DNA of 63,768 nucleotides, filler included, from Octopus bimaculoides (GCF_001194135.2; 4 parts of 4 records of this genome joined end to end with filler, not necessarily neighbours in it); one strand, 5' to 3'; positions 1 through 12,423 are shown, counted from the whole stretch's first letter. Program-made: numbers and translations. The notes: generated by a model from the sequence alone, not told the origin.

Positions 1-91
<91 letters not shown>

Positions 92-117
92 TGATGATGA
101 TGATGATGATGATGATA
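1..117. repeat. (AAT)n then (GAT)n microsatellite; probably the tail of the adjacent minus-strand SINE
   Basis: Directly visible trinucleotide run abutting the SINE 3' end at 118. Confidence 0.95.
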
Positions 118-215
118 ATAATTCATTCTACTATAGGTACAAAGCCTGAAGTTTGGAGGAAGGGGGATAGTCGATTACATCAACCCCAGAGTTACACTGG
201 TACTTAATATCATGT
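118..215 (-). mobile_element. 3' part of tRNA-derived SINE family B
   Basis: gggggatagtcgattacatcaaccccag...actggtact matches the same block at about 35600 and 52400, where the full element with its tRNA head is present. Confidence 0.7.
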
Positions 216-491
216 ACATTGTTTTATCTTGGTATAAAACATGGGCTACAGCAAGTATTCTGCTCAATACAGTAAATATTCTGCTCAGCTACAGCAAATA
301 TTCTGCTTAATACAGCAAATATTCTGCTCAATACAATAAATATTCTGCTCAATTTTTGATCTTAACTGATTGGAAGTGTTGTCATGGACATTGTTTTGTC
401 TTTGTATAAACGATGGGCTACACCAAATATTCTGCTCAGTACCACAGATTTGCTTGTCAATTGTTTGACCTTAACCACTTGAGCCTGTCTC

Positions 492-492
<1 letters not shown>
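208..492. repeat. Partially duplicated interspersed repeat containing a 21-bp minisatellite (about 5 copies of tacagcaaatattctgctcaa, 247-352)
   Basis: The block catgtacattgttttatcttggtataaaacatgggctacagc (about 211) recurs at about 385; the tandem units are visible. Confidence 0.8.
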
Positions 493-543
<51 letters not shown>

Positions 544-544
544 G

Positions 545-700
545 GACGATGATTTCTTTTATTGGTCACAAAAGCCTGAGACATGGAGGACAATATCAAA
601 GATGAGATACAACATACAAAAAGAGGTGGGATTTACATCGATCAGAGGGAGACAGCACAATATTAAAAGATGTAAGAAAGGATATATAAATAGAAGTTAG
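545..700 (-). mobile_element. LINE-like 3' UTR end with AATAAA and (ATT)n tail
   Basis: Minus strand ends ...gtgaccAATAAAAgaaatcatc followed by the (ATT)n run at 495-543; same terminal signature as the element ending at about 710. Confidence 0.45.
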
Positions 701-709
701 CGAAATAAA

Positions 710-1570
710 TAATGATTTCTTTATTAACCACAAGAGTTTACATTAAGAAAAACATTATGGACCGCACACGACAAAACAAAGAATGTGCGTGTGTATGTGT
801 GTGAGTGTATGTTGTTGTGAGGGTTTTGTGTGTAAACAAGACTAACAANNNNNNNNNNTGTGTAATCCTCAATAGGGAGGAGACGTTCGAGGGCTGCTCA
901 CAGAAAAAAAACATAAAAAAAAACCATGGGTACCCTGACTTTTGGGGAAGGTGCCTTTTATCCATTCTTTTTTTTTTTCGAATTACAGGCGTATGCTCAG
1001 AGTAGGCCCGTTTACTCGCACCATTCTCGTCACTTTCATCCACCTTTCAGCACACTGGTTCGAAGACAACGCTTCCCTCTCTATCCTTATTTTCCTTTTC
1101 AAGGTCAACTTGAAGCAGTTCATCAGGGATTGGTCAAAGAGAAAAGCCCTTTCAATCTCGTCCACCATACATTCTCTTTCGCCATGGCCACCAGGCATAT
1201 AAAAAGCCTTTCCTTCTTGGTTAAAGGAAGTCAGCAGGGTGATTTTCACGATCGATCAATTGTGAGCCGGATCCGTCCCACACGAGACAGCAGGTGTTCG
1301 AAATAAACCCACCGGTCAGCAATGTTCGGGCACTGGATTAGTGCATGCAGGACTGTCTTGTCGTCCTACGTGCATCTCGGACATGCTCGGCTGACGGCAC
1401 TTCCATACCTGTAAAGTTTATCTCGAACAGGCAAAGTTCCCCGGGAGCACTGCCAGGCCAGAGATTGTTGGAAATTATCCATCGGTCCCGGCCCGAATGT
1501 TCTCCAGAAAAGAGCGACTAGCTGATCTTCGGTGCTCAGGGTCTGCCCAAGAACGTCATCTCACTTTTAA
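710..1570 (-). mobile_element. 5'-truncated L1-clade (Tx1-like) LINE: ORF2 C-terminal Cys/His domain, 3' UTR and polyA signal
   Basis: Minus translation LFWRTFGPGPMDNFQQSLAWQCSRGTLPVRDKLYRYGSAVSRACPRCT*DDKTVLHALIQCP gives the CxxC...H...C knuckle of L1/Tx1 ORF2. It ends ggttAATAAAgaaatcattatt and is homologous to 24985-26050. Stops and frameshifts present. Confidence 0.8.
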
Positions 1571-2752
1571 TGGCCACAAACACGAAGATACAAAATAAAA
1601 TACAATGAACGTTATAGCATATATATAAATACGTACATATATAAATAAATACGTGCATTTTATAAATAGGTGCAAATTCTATACGGACGAAGGAAGAAGA
1701 GAAAGACATTAAACAATATATTAAAAGTCAGGTTAAAAGTTTATAAAACACAATTATACACAATGAAAAAGTATAATAAAGCACATAATTTAAACAATGT
1801 ATATAATTTAAAAGTCCGCCTTCGTCGATTACGACATCCTACTTCCCTGACTACATACGTCATACTTTTACTTTCTATGCTTGCCATGTATTGTTTAACA
1901 TTGGCGATTCCAGAATCCTCATTAATGATAATGGGGCGATTTTGTTTAATGACTTCAGTGTTATGCCCAGTAGTGTATAAGGACAAGCAACCTACTAGAG
2001 TTGTTCTTGTTGCTGCCGTTTTAAGCCTTATGAGCTGAAAGTCTTTTTGCTATCACTTGTGTAGCAGCTAGGTTTTCTGCTCTGAATGCCAAGTTTTAAT
2101 GTCTTCCTCTCAGCACTCTCTATGGGACACAATTCTTGTATTTGTTTTGTGGTCTAGCAGAGTCATCAGAAAACGTCTGTCCATAATAGTTGTCACCCAA
2201 TCAAATCGTCGTCGCAGTAGTGGAATCGTTTCCTGCTGTTTCTGATATCTGGCTTCAAACAATAATGATGGTGGCAGTGTTGTCGTTACTGTTATATTTT
2301 CTTCTCTCTTCACTTTCGTCGGTATTTTGTTTTATTTATTTATTATTTTTTTGTTACTGCCACTTTTTCCGTGTAAGCAAAGCCAAGCAGTCTTTTCCAT
2401 TAAAAACAGCGATGGGAAAACTTTTTGTTGTTCGTTTCTTATTTCTGTTTTCGTTGTTGCCGTTGCCACTAGGCTTGTTTTTAGTTGTTATTCTTAGTTT
2501 TCCTTTCATCCTCGATGTTGTTGTTCTCCTTCTTCTTCTATATTGCTGTGTTGTAGTACACTACTGCTGATGTTTCCAGACTAAGACATATAATAGTACT
2601 GTTACAAAATATCTTCTAAAGATTTTCGGAAAAATCACCTTTTCACCAAAATTTTCAAGGTAATCGACACAGACACACATGTTAACATATCAATAAAGCA
2701 TCTTTCTAGCATTCTACTCGGTTGTGTCTCTCTCCTTCTCCTCTGGTACATA

Positions 2753-3935
2753 CAGGATGCGAGGGGTATTTGAGGACATTTTGATTTTAGTTCATTACAC
2801 CTTCACACTTTAGTGTACATTTTTTTTTTCGGATAAGCCTTTCAAGATATCATGCTAACTCAAGAAATGAAAAGACATGCAGCCATAGTTACTATGCATA
2901 CAAACCACAGTGATTTAGAAATTAGTAACTTACTTAATGTTGCAAGATCATTTGGACACAAAGTTCGGTTGGAATTGGAGGCATGTGATGGTAATGTTTC
3001 ATCTGTATTAAAGGGGAAAAAACATTCACAATGCTAAGACACTAAAGGACACCAGAATTTATACAACATGTTCGAAATGTTATCGATGAAAACCCCAGAA
3101 GATCAATGAGATCCATTGCTAAAGAACTTCGGGTGTCAGAGTGGACTGTCAGAACTGTGGTACATCGTGACATTCGATACAAGTCCTGTGTAATGAGGAA
3201 AGGCCAATTCGTGTCTGCAAAGACACAAGAAAACCGTCTCTTCCCTTCAAAACGGTTACTTGACAAAGTGAAAAACCCTCATGAACAACCCATGCTTAAG
3301 TTTTTCTCTGACGAAAAAACTGTGGCCAGGATCAAATGTCTAACATGTGCAGATCCTTCGGAAGTACCCAGAGTGATGCACACGAAATTTCCAGCAGCTG
3401 TGATGGTTTTAAGAGTCATGAGTAGCAAAGGTCATGTGATGCCACCCCACGTTTTTCCATCGGGTCTTAGAATTAATTCTGCTGGATACATTGAGGTACT
3501 GGAAACTGTTATCAAGCCCTGGATTGATGAAGTATGCAATAGAAGGCCATACATGTTTCAGCAAGACTCAGCACCTTCTCACAAGGCCCTAATTAACCAA
3601 GAATGGTTATCACACAATCTTTACGATTATGTAACACCCAATATTTGGCCTCCAAACTCGCCAGACTTGAACCCTTTGGACTTCTATGTGTGGAGAACTG
3701 TTGAAAGGGAGGTAATGTCCAAAATGAATAAGGACCATATAGTGTTAGCCTGCCAGTGGTTTCGGTCGCGCATTGAAGCAGTCATCGAAGCCGAAGGCGG
3801 TTTCATAGAATAATTTGCTTAAAATACCATTACGAATACTAATTGCAGAAATGTTTATTCAAATACATATTTATTTATGCTGAAATATAGTGTTATTGTA
3901 CACCAAAACTGTTCTCAAATACCCTTCGCACCCTG
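2753..3935 (+). mobile_element. Tc1/mariner superfamily transposon, DD37D (maT-type), near full length
   Basis: TA|CAGGATGCGAGGGGTATTTGAGGACA at 2753 and its inverted copy ...ttctcaaatacccttcgcaccCTG|TA at 3935; transposase between them. Confidence 0.93.
2852..3813 (+). pseudogene. Disrupted DD37D transposase
   Basis: N-terminal ORF 2852-3037 is out of frame with 3106-3813. Motifs SDEK, FQQDSAPSH and WPPNSPDLNPLD; I counted 37 residues between the second and third Asp. Apparent short deletions after SDEK and near the C-terminus. Confidence 0.88.
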
Positions 3936-4009
3936 TATATGTATTATTCCAGCTTTCTGAACAGAGTCGTTATTAGATGGTTTCACCACGTGAGACCACG
4001 TCCATCTAT

Positions 4010-4145
4010 AAAGGGATTAAGTTGATTACATCGACTACGAAAGGATGAAAGGCAAAGTCGACCTCGGCGGAATTTGAACTCAGAACATAGCGACGGGTGA
4101 AATACCGTCCAGCGTGCTAGCGATTCTGCCAGCTCGCTGCCTTGA
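4010..4145 (-). mobile_element. tRNA-derived SINE family B
   Basis: Minus: aaggcagcgagctggcagaatcgctagc...gttctgagttcaaattccgccgaggtcgactttgcctttcatcc (A-box-like head, B box GTTCAAATTCC). Confidence 0.85.
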
Positions 4146-5598
4146 CATGTTTTGATATGATATTACATAAAATATTTATCGCCTGAAAGCAGCCGATAGA
4201 GAAAACAGTTATATATTCTTTAAAGACACGTTATTTTTAATAATATTATCGAATAAATTTTCAAACTTTGCTCAGATAAATCAATGAAAATGGAGCAAAA
4301 TTGTGGAACGTTCATGTTTATAGTCAGCGCGAGTCAAATGCAAAAGAATAAAAAATAAGAAAATAATAATTTCTTGCATTGTAATAATAATTGCTTCTGA
4401 CATAGACCTGCTTCTCTAGATGTCAGTTAGATGCCCACTGACTTGTTCGGGTTTATATGTGCTCTTGTTTACCATTTCGTTCCTTTCAGTGTGATATCGG
4501 CGCTTTCAATTTCGGCTATCCTACGTTTGAGCGAAATTATTTTCAACACACCGAGCTTCTATAGCAACGTGTACAAGAACTCTGATATAGGACATCTTTG
4601 CCGGATTGATTATGTTTTAGATACGGGTTTCAATAATTAATTCTTTGTTGGTAATTCACTATATTAGGCAGGCTGCATGTGAAGACAAGAATGACCATAC
4701 TATCATATATTTGAGTTTCCATATATTTTTATTTACACGCATCGTTTATATTTACATATGTACATATATTTCATTTAATGCTAGATAATATTATGAAAGC
4801 AGTTCATTGTTATTGAAGACGGAATAACTAGAAAAAGTTAGAACAGCAGCAATTAGTAATGTGTGCGCAATTCGACATTACAACTAAAGTTCGAACACAA
4901 GGCAAGCATGTTAAGTAAGAGAAACAGAAGAGGGCGAGAAACCACAACAGTGAACAAAGCGGCATAGCTTCGTGTGGGCTGCTGGATGGCTCCCTTCTGA
5001 GGTTGAATTCGCCAGCTTTGATAATTACTAACAAAACTTTTCTTGAACTTTCGATCAAGCTATTTGGTTGGAAAATTCGTACACTTCATTTGAAGTTCAC
5101 CGCATCAACCATAAACAAGTCAGCTAATGCTCATTGGCCTTTTATGTCGACATATTGCCTTTTACAGCAGTATGGTAGGTAGGTCATAATCTTGGGATAG
5201 GAAAATCTGAGATTGATAGTTGAAAACTCTGCAGGAGCCTAGCTACAAAGGGATTTCAAACAGTTTCAGTATATAGTCATTTACTCTGATTACTAAACAG
5301 ATGAAGCTGTACAAAACAGCATTCCACATTTACATATTGTATATAAGTGTGGTAACCTTGCCTATATAAACAACCATTGCGAGCAAATGAGGGAGCCTTA
5401 TGTAGCAGTGCTAGCTGTTAGAATTAGCACCCAGATTTTCTTTTCAGATCACACAATCGTTTTTAAAATGGGTACATATACCGGATAAATTTATCTTGAC
5501 AATTCGTCACCGGTTAAGTGTTATGAAAAATGCTGTCCAGTGGGAGATATCTGAAAGTGACGACACTTACTAAACAAACTTTACAAATTATATAAACA

Positions 5599-6149
5599 CT
5601 AGCTCAAAAGCCGCATTCCACACGGACTTTTAAGCTAGTTCCTGCGGAGGACTAATTAGGCCTACGACCCAAAACTATAGACAGCTAAACAGCATGACTA
5701 TAATACGTCTATAATGACCGTATGCCCCGGTGGTGTTTGATCAGAGGTTAAGGATGGATGAGAATAAATTCTGTAATGCAATCATTCTATTGTTCCAACT
5801 CCATATTGAATTCTAACTGCTGGCTAATTTGTCCCAAAGTTCTTATCTCGACGCAAAATTAACGAAGCGAATGTCATTTATCCCCCCACCACCTTGATCT
5901 CTGACGTCATCTGGCAAACGCCAACCAGGATGGCGTGAATCAGCCAAGCTTTACCTGCAAGGAATAGCAACCCAAATGCTTTTAAATCAGATCCCAATGC
6001 TGGATGTTTAAGAACGGAATGAAGGGTAGATTTTCAATCCCGGGATCATTCTGATTCCAAAAGGTATAATATGTCTATGTAGAGCAAATGCAGACTGAGA
6101 TACAGGGGTCTCAGACGGACAGACAGAATTTCGCTTTTATTATTATAGA
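5599..6149 (-). mobile_element. Non-autonomous Helitron
   Basis: Minus strand A|TCTATAATAATAAAAGCGAAATTCTGTCTGTCCGTC... ends in a hairpin and CTAG|T. A/T target, TC start, CTAG end and no TSD are the Helitron hallmarks. Confidence 0.8.
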
Positions 6150-6568
6150 TAGTTGTTTGACACCATAATAACCTCATTGATACAGTCAAACAATAAAATT
6201 TGCCAAAATTTTTCAAAATTTCGCAATCTATAACAATGGCAATTATTGCGAAAAACTAGGAAGTCCCACTATTATCATTTTGTGAATGCTACAGTTCTGC
6301 AGCACAGGTTGCATTATATTTAACCTTTTGTTAAGTTCTAAAATAAAATAAACATTGTAAATAAACATACCAAAATTTAAAAAAGTGTAATATAAGACTA
6401 ACGATATAAAGAAACACATTTAGAAATGTTATCACTCACGACATTAATGTCACTATAGTTCAAGATACATTTTTTATAGCCACAACGCAGGAAACCTCAA
6501 ATATCTAATTACACTGATAAATTTGGACATGACAAAACTTTAGTGGCGGTTTTCACTCACGCGCACAA

Positions 6569-6570
<2 letters not shown>

Positions 6571-6663
<93 letters not shown>
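6571..6663. repeat. (CA)n microsatellite
   Basis: Directly visible. Confidence 0.97.
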
Positions 6664-6665
<2 letters not shown>

Positions 6666-6954
6666 CCAGAAACAACACTCGAAAACTAATTGGTCACGAC
6701 AACACGACGCTTGCGATGCAGGCGTTCAAAATAAAAGCCAATAACAAGAAGCTGTCTTGCATCTTTTTTAATGAATCTACAATAACTTTGTTAACTGTTC
6801 ATACTACACGTCCATAACATTTACAGCTCACATAGAAGACATTGCCTAGTAACCAATCATTTCAAATTGATGCAACAATTTACTTTTTGGTATCACATTA
6901 AGATAAGGACCTAAATTATAACCGAAACGTGAGTGGGCAATGATCAGTCCAGTA

Positions 6955-7173
6955 CAGTAATCCTTCGATTATCGCGGACGTTACGTTCCAAAACCCCGCG
7001 CAGTAGGTGAAAATCCACGAAGTAGAAACAGTACTGTATTGCAGTTTTTTTTTATTTGTATAATTCCTATATATTTATTTTATCATAAATGCAAAACAAC
7101 ACCATGGAGGAATCGACATAAACTTGAATAATAAACCGCTATAGGTGAACCGTGATATGGCGAGGGATTATTG
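6955..7173 (+). mobile_element. Tigger/pogo-like MITE, copy 1
   Basis: TA|CAGTAATCCTTCG ... CGAGGGATTATTG|TA; a second copy lies in the opposite orientation at 12202-12423. Confidence 0.85.
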
Positions 7174-7639
7174 TAATGGCTACGTAAGGCCTAGGGGCAG
7201 AAGACCGTGTTTTCAAGGTAAGCTGCTATATTTGTATGGCCCTAAAGGTTGAGCTGATGATCTGATCTCAACATATTTGGCGTCATTTGCTTTCAAATGA
7301 AGACCAATCGTATTTACAAATATTTTAACCGAAAAATACTGTTTATGATATAAGTGTAAATCCTTTAAAATTAGGTTATTTTGAAGATAATTCAATAATA
7401 TATTGGAAAAAATACCAACTGCATCATCAAACTAAGTTTATATAATATATACATGTATTTATAGCCCACACATAGATCATCAAAGATTCCAAAAACCAAT
7501 GTTTAGAGAACACTGATGTTAAATGCAATAAATAGTTTTATATATTGTAAAAAAAAAGTGTCTTACAATTCGGGATCAATATACCAATAAAAATCAATGC
7601 TAGTTGTTTTGAAAACATTAATTTATCACATATATTGCT

Positions 7640-8160
7640 ACCCAAACATGTACATCTCAATTTTGCTTTTTATACTTGCGTTATAAACATGTCGTGTAGG
7701 AGTACTTCATATCAAGACAGACAGCGCCGTTTTCAATGGATAGTGTATCGAAGCTGGAACCAGTTTCTTGTCTTTCTCAGGCGATCCATTATTGCAAAAT
7801 TCTTGCACATTCATCATCGTCTCATGAGCTGTAATTCATATGCTTGCTTCAAAGACGCTACTTTTGAGATGTTGGTCCAAGATATTGCTTATCGGGGATG
7901 TTCTTTCCACATCTTTTCTTTTCTTACAGAACGTCTTCAATCTTAGGAGATGAACAATGGCATTATCATCATCAGTGCAATATTAATTGAAACATACCCT
8001 GTAGAAAAACTGAATCTGAGCAGCTTTCAGTTATAGTGATGTACATAATATAGAGGGAACTGTAAATTTTTCGATAGATATGGTAGTTTAGTTTTGAAAC
8101 TATATCGCTTTCTTTTAAACTTGAAAGTCGATGTATTTTTTGATCCAGAGAAAGCATGAA
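7640..8160 (-). pseudogene. Highly decayed piggyBac-like transposase remnant (tentative)
   Basis: Minus frame ...KRKDVERTSPISNILDQHL...ITAHETMM...GSPEKDKKL...KT loosely follows the piggyBac DKLAPIR...ITVDEQL...MPSKPAKYG...KT pattern; several stops. Confidence 0.3.
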
Positions 8161-8699
8161 AGGGATCCATTGCTTTGCACGTTTGTTCTGAAACCTGAAA
8201 TAACGCGCTTAAAAGATAATATTTTGGTTCCTTTCCAGTATTGAAAAAATACAGATTCCTACTTCTAGGTTTGCAGTGATGATCTGGTGGAAATGTATAA
8301 CTACAATATCAGTCTCCAATAAGAACCATCCCAAGAGATGAATATCGTTAGGTATTATGAAGCTTTACTAGATCATCATTATCTTCCTCCTCATGATTGC
8401 ATTGTCCCATTGGAGTTTTATTTCATGCACTGAGTAATTCATCACTCGAGGTTATTTAGACAGACTTACCGTCTTCTATAATTTCTGAAACCTATGATTT
8501 TGTTATCAGTGTTTGCCAAAAAGTTATGCCAGATTTTTTTAATCTTGCAACTACTAAACAAACGCTAGCGTGTATTATCTATTTATTTATTCTTTGAGAT
8601 CTTCATGGGAGCTAATCTTATACTGGATTGTTTCACGAACTCGCTTATTCGTGATGTGGCTCCAGTATGAAATGCCTAAGACGTAACAATAGTATCTAA

Positions 8700-10560
8700 T
8701 ATCCAACACTCGAATTTCTTTCTAAATTTCCTCCGTGAGAGTTCATATCTCGAATGCGCACAGGAAAATGGAAAGTGCTAGAGAATGTAGGAGTTTGATT
8801 TTGTTGTTCACAGTGAATATTTTATCTCCCCGTAGTTCGGGTTTAGCTGGTGAAATAATTGTCTACATAGTTCTTGCGAGGATTTCAGACCTTGATGCTT
8901 TATCATTAACGATTGCTCTCAAGTATTTTAGCTGTTACAATATCTCTAGTTTGTCTTCGTATAGATATATTTGTTGAGGTGGCATCATCGTCATTCGTCA
9001 TGAGTTTGGTTTTTCCAGCACTGATTCCCATCCTAAATTTGTCGGAAGCTCTATCAAGGTACTTGACGAATTCAATTCTTCCTTTCCAACCCGCCATCAT
9101 TATATCAGTAAATCTTAGATCTGTGATGTTCAAATTTCCGATATTGACTGCGCCGACATGGTCATCAAGGTATCGTTCATGATTCTCTTCAAGAAGAAGT
9201 TGATGGGAGTGGGGGAAAGGATGCAACAGTTAGAATGGAACCACCCTCCGAAGGTGCTTTGTGCGAGAGTACTATACTGGTTGTCTTGATATAAAGTTGT
9301 CGAATAATATGATTTAGCTTTTCTTTCATGTTGAATTTTTCAGTGCCTCAAAGAGCATCATGCTAGACTCTCTTTTACTCTTTTACTTGTTTCAGTCATT
9401 TGACTGCGGCCATGCTGGAACACCGCCTTTAGTCGAGCAAATCGATCCCAGGACTTATTCTTTGGAAGCCTAGTACTTATTCTATCGGTCTCTTTTGCCA
9501 AACCGCTTAAGTTACGGGGACGTAAACACACCAGCATCAGTTGTCAAGCGATGCTGGGGGGGACAAACACAGACACACAAACATATATACACACACATAT
9601 ATATACACATATATACGACGGGCTTCTTTCAGTTTCCGTTTACCAAATCCACTCACAAGGCTTTGGTCGGCCCGAGGCTATAGTAGAAGACATTTACCCA
9701 AGGTGCCACGCAGTGGGAATGAACCCGAAACCATGTGGTTGGTAAGCCAGCTCCTTACCACACAGCCACCACTCCTGCGCCTCTATCAAATTCTTTTTTA
9801 AAAATCTACAAAGACATGGTATAGCTCTTTCTGGAGTTGGAAATATTTCTCACAGAAGCTACGGAGGTTGATCTACTTAGTAGTACTTATGCTTTATAGG
9901 AGTCTACTTGTTCCTCGGCTGTGATGTGTTCTGCCTGGTGACTCAATCTATTTAGTATCGCTCTGAACATTACTCTGCTTACATGGCTGATCTTGCTGAT
10001 AGTGCGATAATCCCAGCATTGTTGTACATTACCTATTTTTTTTTTTAGAAAGCATTATGGTTAGAGGTTCAGTCCAGGATATCGGCCATTCACCGTCTGT
10101 TAGGTTTTATTCCAGATCGTCATAAAGATGTCTATTGTGGTTTCTCCCCTGTGCATTAGTAGCTCAGTAGGAATGTTGTCGACGCCTACTGATTTTCCAT
10201 CTTTCAGGAACCATACCGCAATTTGAACTTTATTTCGCATAATTGGGGAGTCATTGTCATTTGAAAATTCTTGTATGCTCAGCACAATTGGATCTCTACA
10301 GCTCTAGTTATACAGCTTTGAGCATTTCTGTCCTCCTTTCCATTATTTCTTTTTCATCATGTTTGCATGCTTATTCATGATGGTATTTACTGTATGTTTA
10401 TTTCTTTAGGGGAGCTTTTTAACCAGTTTGAATGCTTTTTTGTGTTGTTGCTAGAATGGTTGTCTTCGATAATCTCATGTTATCCAGTTAGCCATCTTCA
10501 CTTTACATATTCGCATTTCTGATCGAATAAACTCAAGGAAATTGGTCTTACATATTTTAC
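8700..10560 (-). mobile_element. RTE-clade LINE RT fragment, interrupted by a SINE at 9368-9782
   Basis: ORF 10100-10285 (PIMRNKVQIAVWFLKDGKSVGVDNIPTELL) and ORF 8906-9226 (NITDLRFTD...GISAGKTKLMTN), then LKYL..IV.D...SEIL.R and IFL.A.E..TLT, match RTE RT and thumb motifs. Confidence 0.85.
9368..9782 (-). mobile_element. tRNA-derived SINE family A, full length, with internal (TA/TG) microsatellite
   Basis: Minus head aggcgcaggagtg...gctgtgtggtaag...ggttcattcccactgcgtggcaccttgg (A and B boxes); tail gactgaaacaagtaaaagagtaaaagag; many near-identical copies in the window. Confidence 0.93.
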
Positions 10561-10989
10561 TAGAAGTTGACTTATAGAATTTTACTGCCCCACAGAGGCA
10601 AACAAACAGGATGATAGAATAAATTCAGTATCGCTTGACTCACTCATTTGGAAGTCAATTTCATAGATACTTAATCCAAATCAAATCTAACTTTTTCTAA
10701 TGATGTCAACTAAAAACATATGAAATTCCATTTTCACGGGAAAAGGATGTGTTTCTCTGCATGTAATGTTATGATCTAAATGGTCAAGACCATTCAATAG
10801 TGAAGGCAATCATTATTAGAGCAAACAGACAATATAAGTTAACCTTAGTTTGCTCAGTAATAGTCCGTGAAAGATTATAGTAAAGCTCCTCTTATAGGAC
10901 ACATTCAAACGGTTAATAATTTACCAGATTCTTGTTCTTTGGGGGTGTTCTGTCAGGCTTAAAACACTCCGCAAAAAGAGATTTATGCT

Positions 10990-11750
10990 TAAAGTTTACA
11001 AAAGAAATCATATTCAGCATAGCTATTTTGACTTACATTTTGACTTAAATTTTTCCAGTGTGTGGTGGTTTAGGCCATACAAGCAGCTAACAGAAGGAAA
11101 ATACTTCAGTTATATCGAAACAGCTGACTCTTCACAACAACTTGGAAATGACCACTTGAATGTATAAAATTGCATTGCTTTAGAATTGCTTTACGTAGAA
11201 CTGATGCTGCAAGTAATAACGTGACAAACTGGCATCTGAACTAATATTTCTGACTGTCTCTGAACAAATAAAGAACACTCTATGACAGAATCTATTTTCT
11301 ACTCGTAACTAAAAGGTGTTCACGAATTCTTTCTTTCAAACGAATTTGATTCACAGACATCTAGATATTCTTATTCTCCCATCTTTCTTTCAACATAAAT
11401 ATCGAATCTTTCAGTGCAATAATTTTGTGCTCTGCAGCAACTTTTTTGATGACTCGCAACAGCTCATTTTATACTGTTGTTTCAAGATCAATGTTTGTTG
11501 AACTTTGGACACCGCTTAAGATCATGGTGTCAGTGGTTGAATCCAGTGCACCAATTTAATGGTAGTTGATCCCAATTGCAAACTGGTCTCCATCAGCAAC
11601 GTGTACCACACTATCTTCCCCACTAATACAATTGTTTATCCTGCATATCTTAAGGTTAAGCTCCCGAGGGAAAAGGATCCATTCTATTTTTCCTATCACA
11701 AAGAGACACAAGTCCCGTTTATATCGAAGAGGTGCCTCTTATAAATAACA
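10990..11750 (-). pseudogene. Decayed Penelope-like thumb/GIY-YIG region (tentative)
   Basis: Minus frame contains RLKERIREH and a downstream KAILKQC...FQVV pattern resembling a PLE endonuclease; many stops. Confidence 0.3.
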
Positions 11751-12201
11751 TTTTAAAAAATTTCATTCGTTGAAGTGTTGATAACTTTTAAATATGAATA
11801 AATATTTGGAATTAGTATGCAAATTATAAATATGCATGATTTTTTTCACATAGATTTTTTTTTTGTCTGGAAGTTCTACGCAAGGATAGGTACTGCATAA
11901 AAGTCTTTGAACTGATTATGGAGACTTAATAAATCTTTGTAGGCTCCTTCTATAAACACAGCGACCGGATGGTGAAGATGACAGGCAAGATTCTCATTGG
12001 CTTTTGAAAATAAAACAAGCATCATTCAGACGTTAGCATTTTGTCGGTCCAACATTTCTGGTTGATACAAATGTTTGTTTTTATGGTATATTTATTAATT
12101 TTTTTTTTTTTTTGAAGTCTAAATAACGACTTCTGTAAAACTGAAGGAAAAATATATTCCTCCGAAAATAACATACAAAGAATTCCACACTTTAATGGAT
12201 A

Positions 12202-12423
12202 CAGTAATTCCTCGCCATATCATGGTTCACCTATCGCTGTTTATTATTTAAGCTTACGTCGATTCCTCTGTGGTGTTGTTTTGCATTTATAATAAGATAA
12301 ATATATATAAATTATAAAAATAAATTTTTAAATATACAGTACAATACTGTTTCTACTTCACGGATTTTCACCTATCGTGGGGGTTTTTGGAACGTAACAC
12401 CCGCGATAGTCTAGGGATTACTG
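12202..12423 (-). mobile_element. Tigger/pogo-like MITE, copy 2
   Basis: TA|CAGTAATTCCTCGCCATATC ... TAGGGATTACTG; reverse-complement match to 6955-7173 along its length. Confidence 0.85.

Noticed and set aside
11559-11748. Plus-strand 60-aa ORFs as small genes
   Set aside because: No recognisable motif; the opposite strand looks like a decayed PLE.
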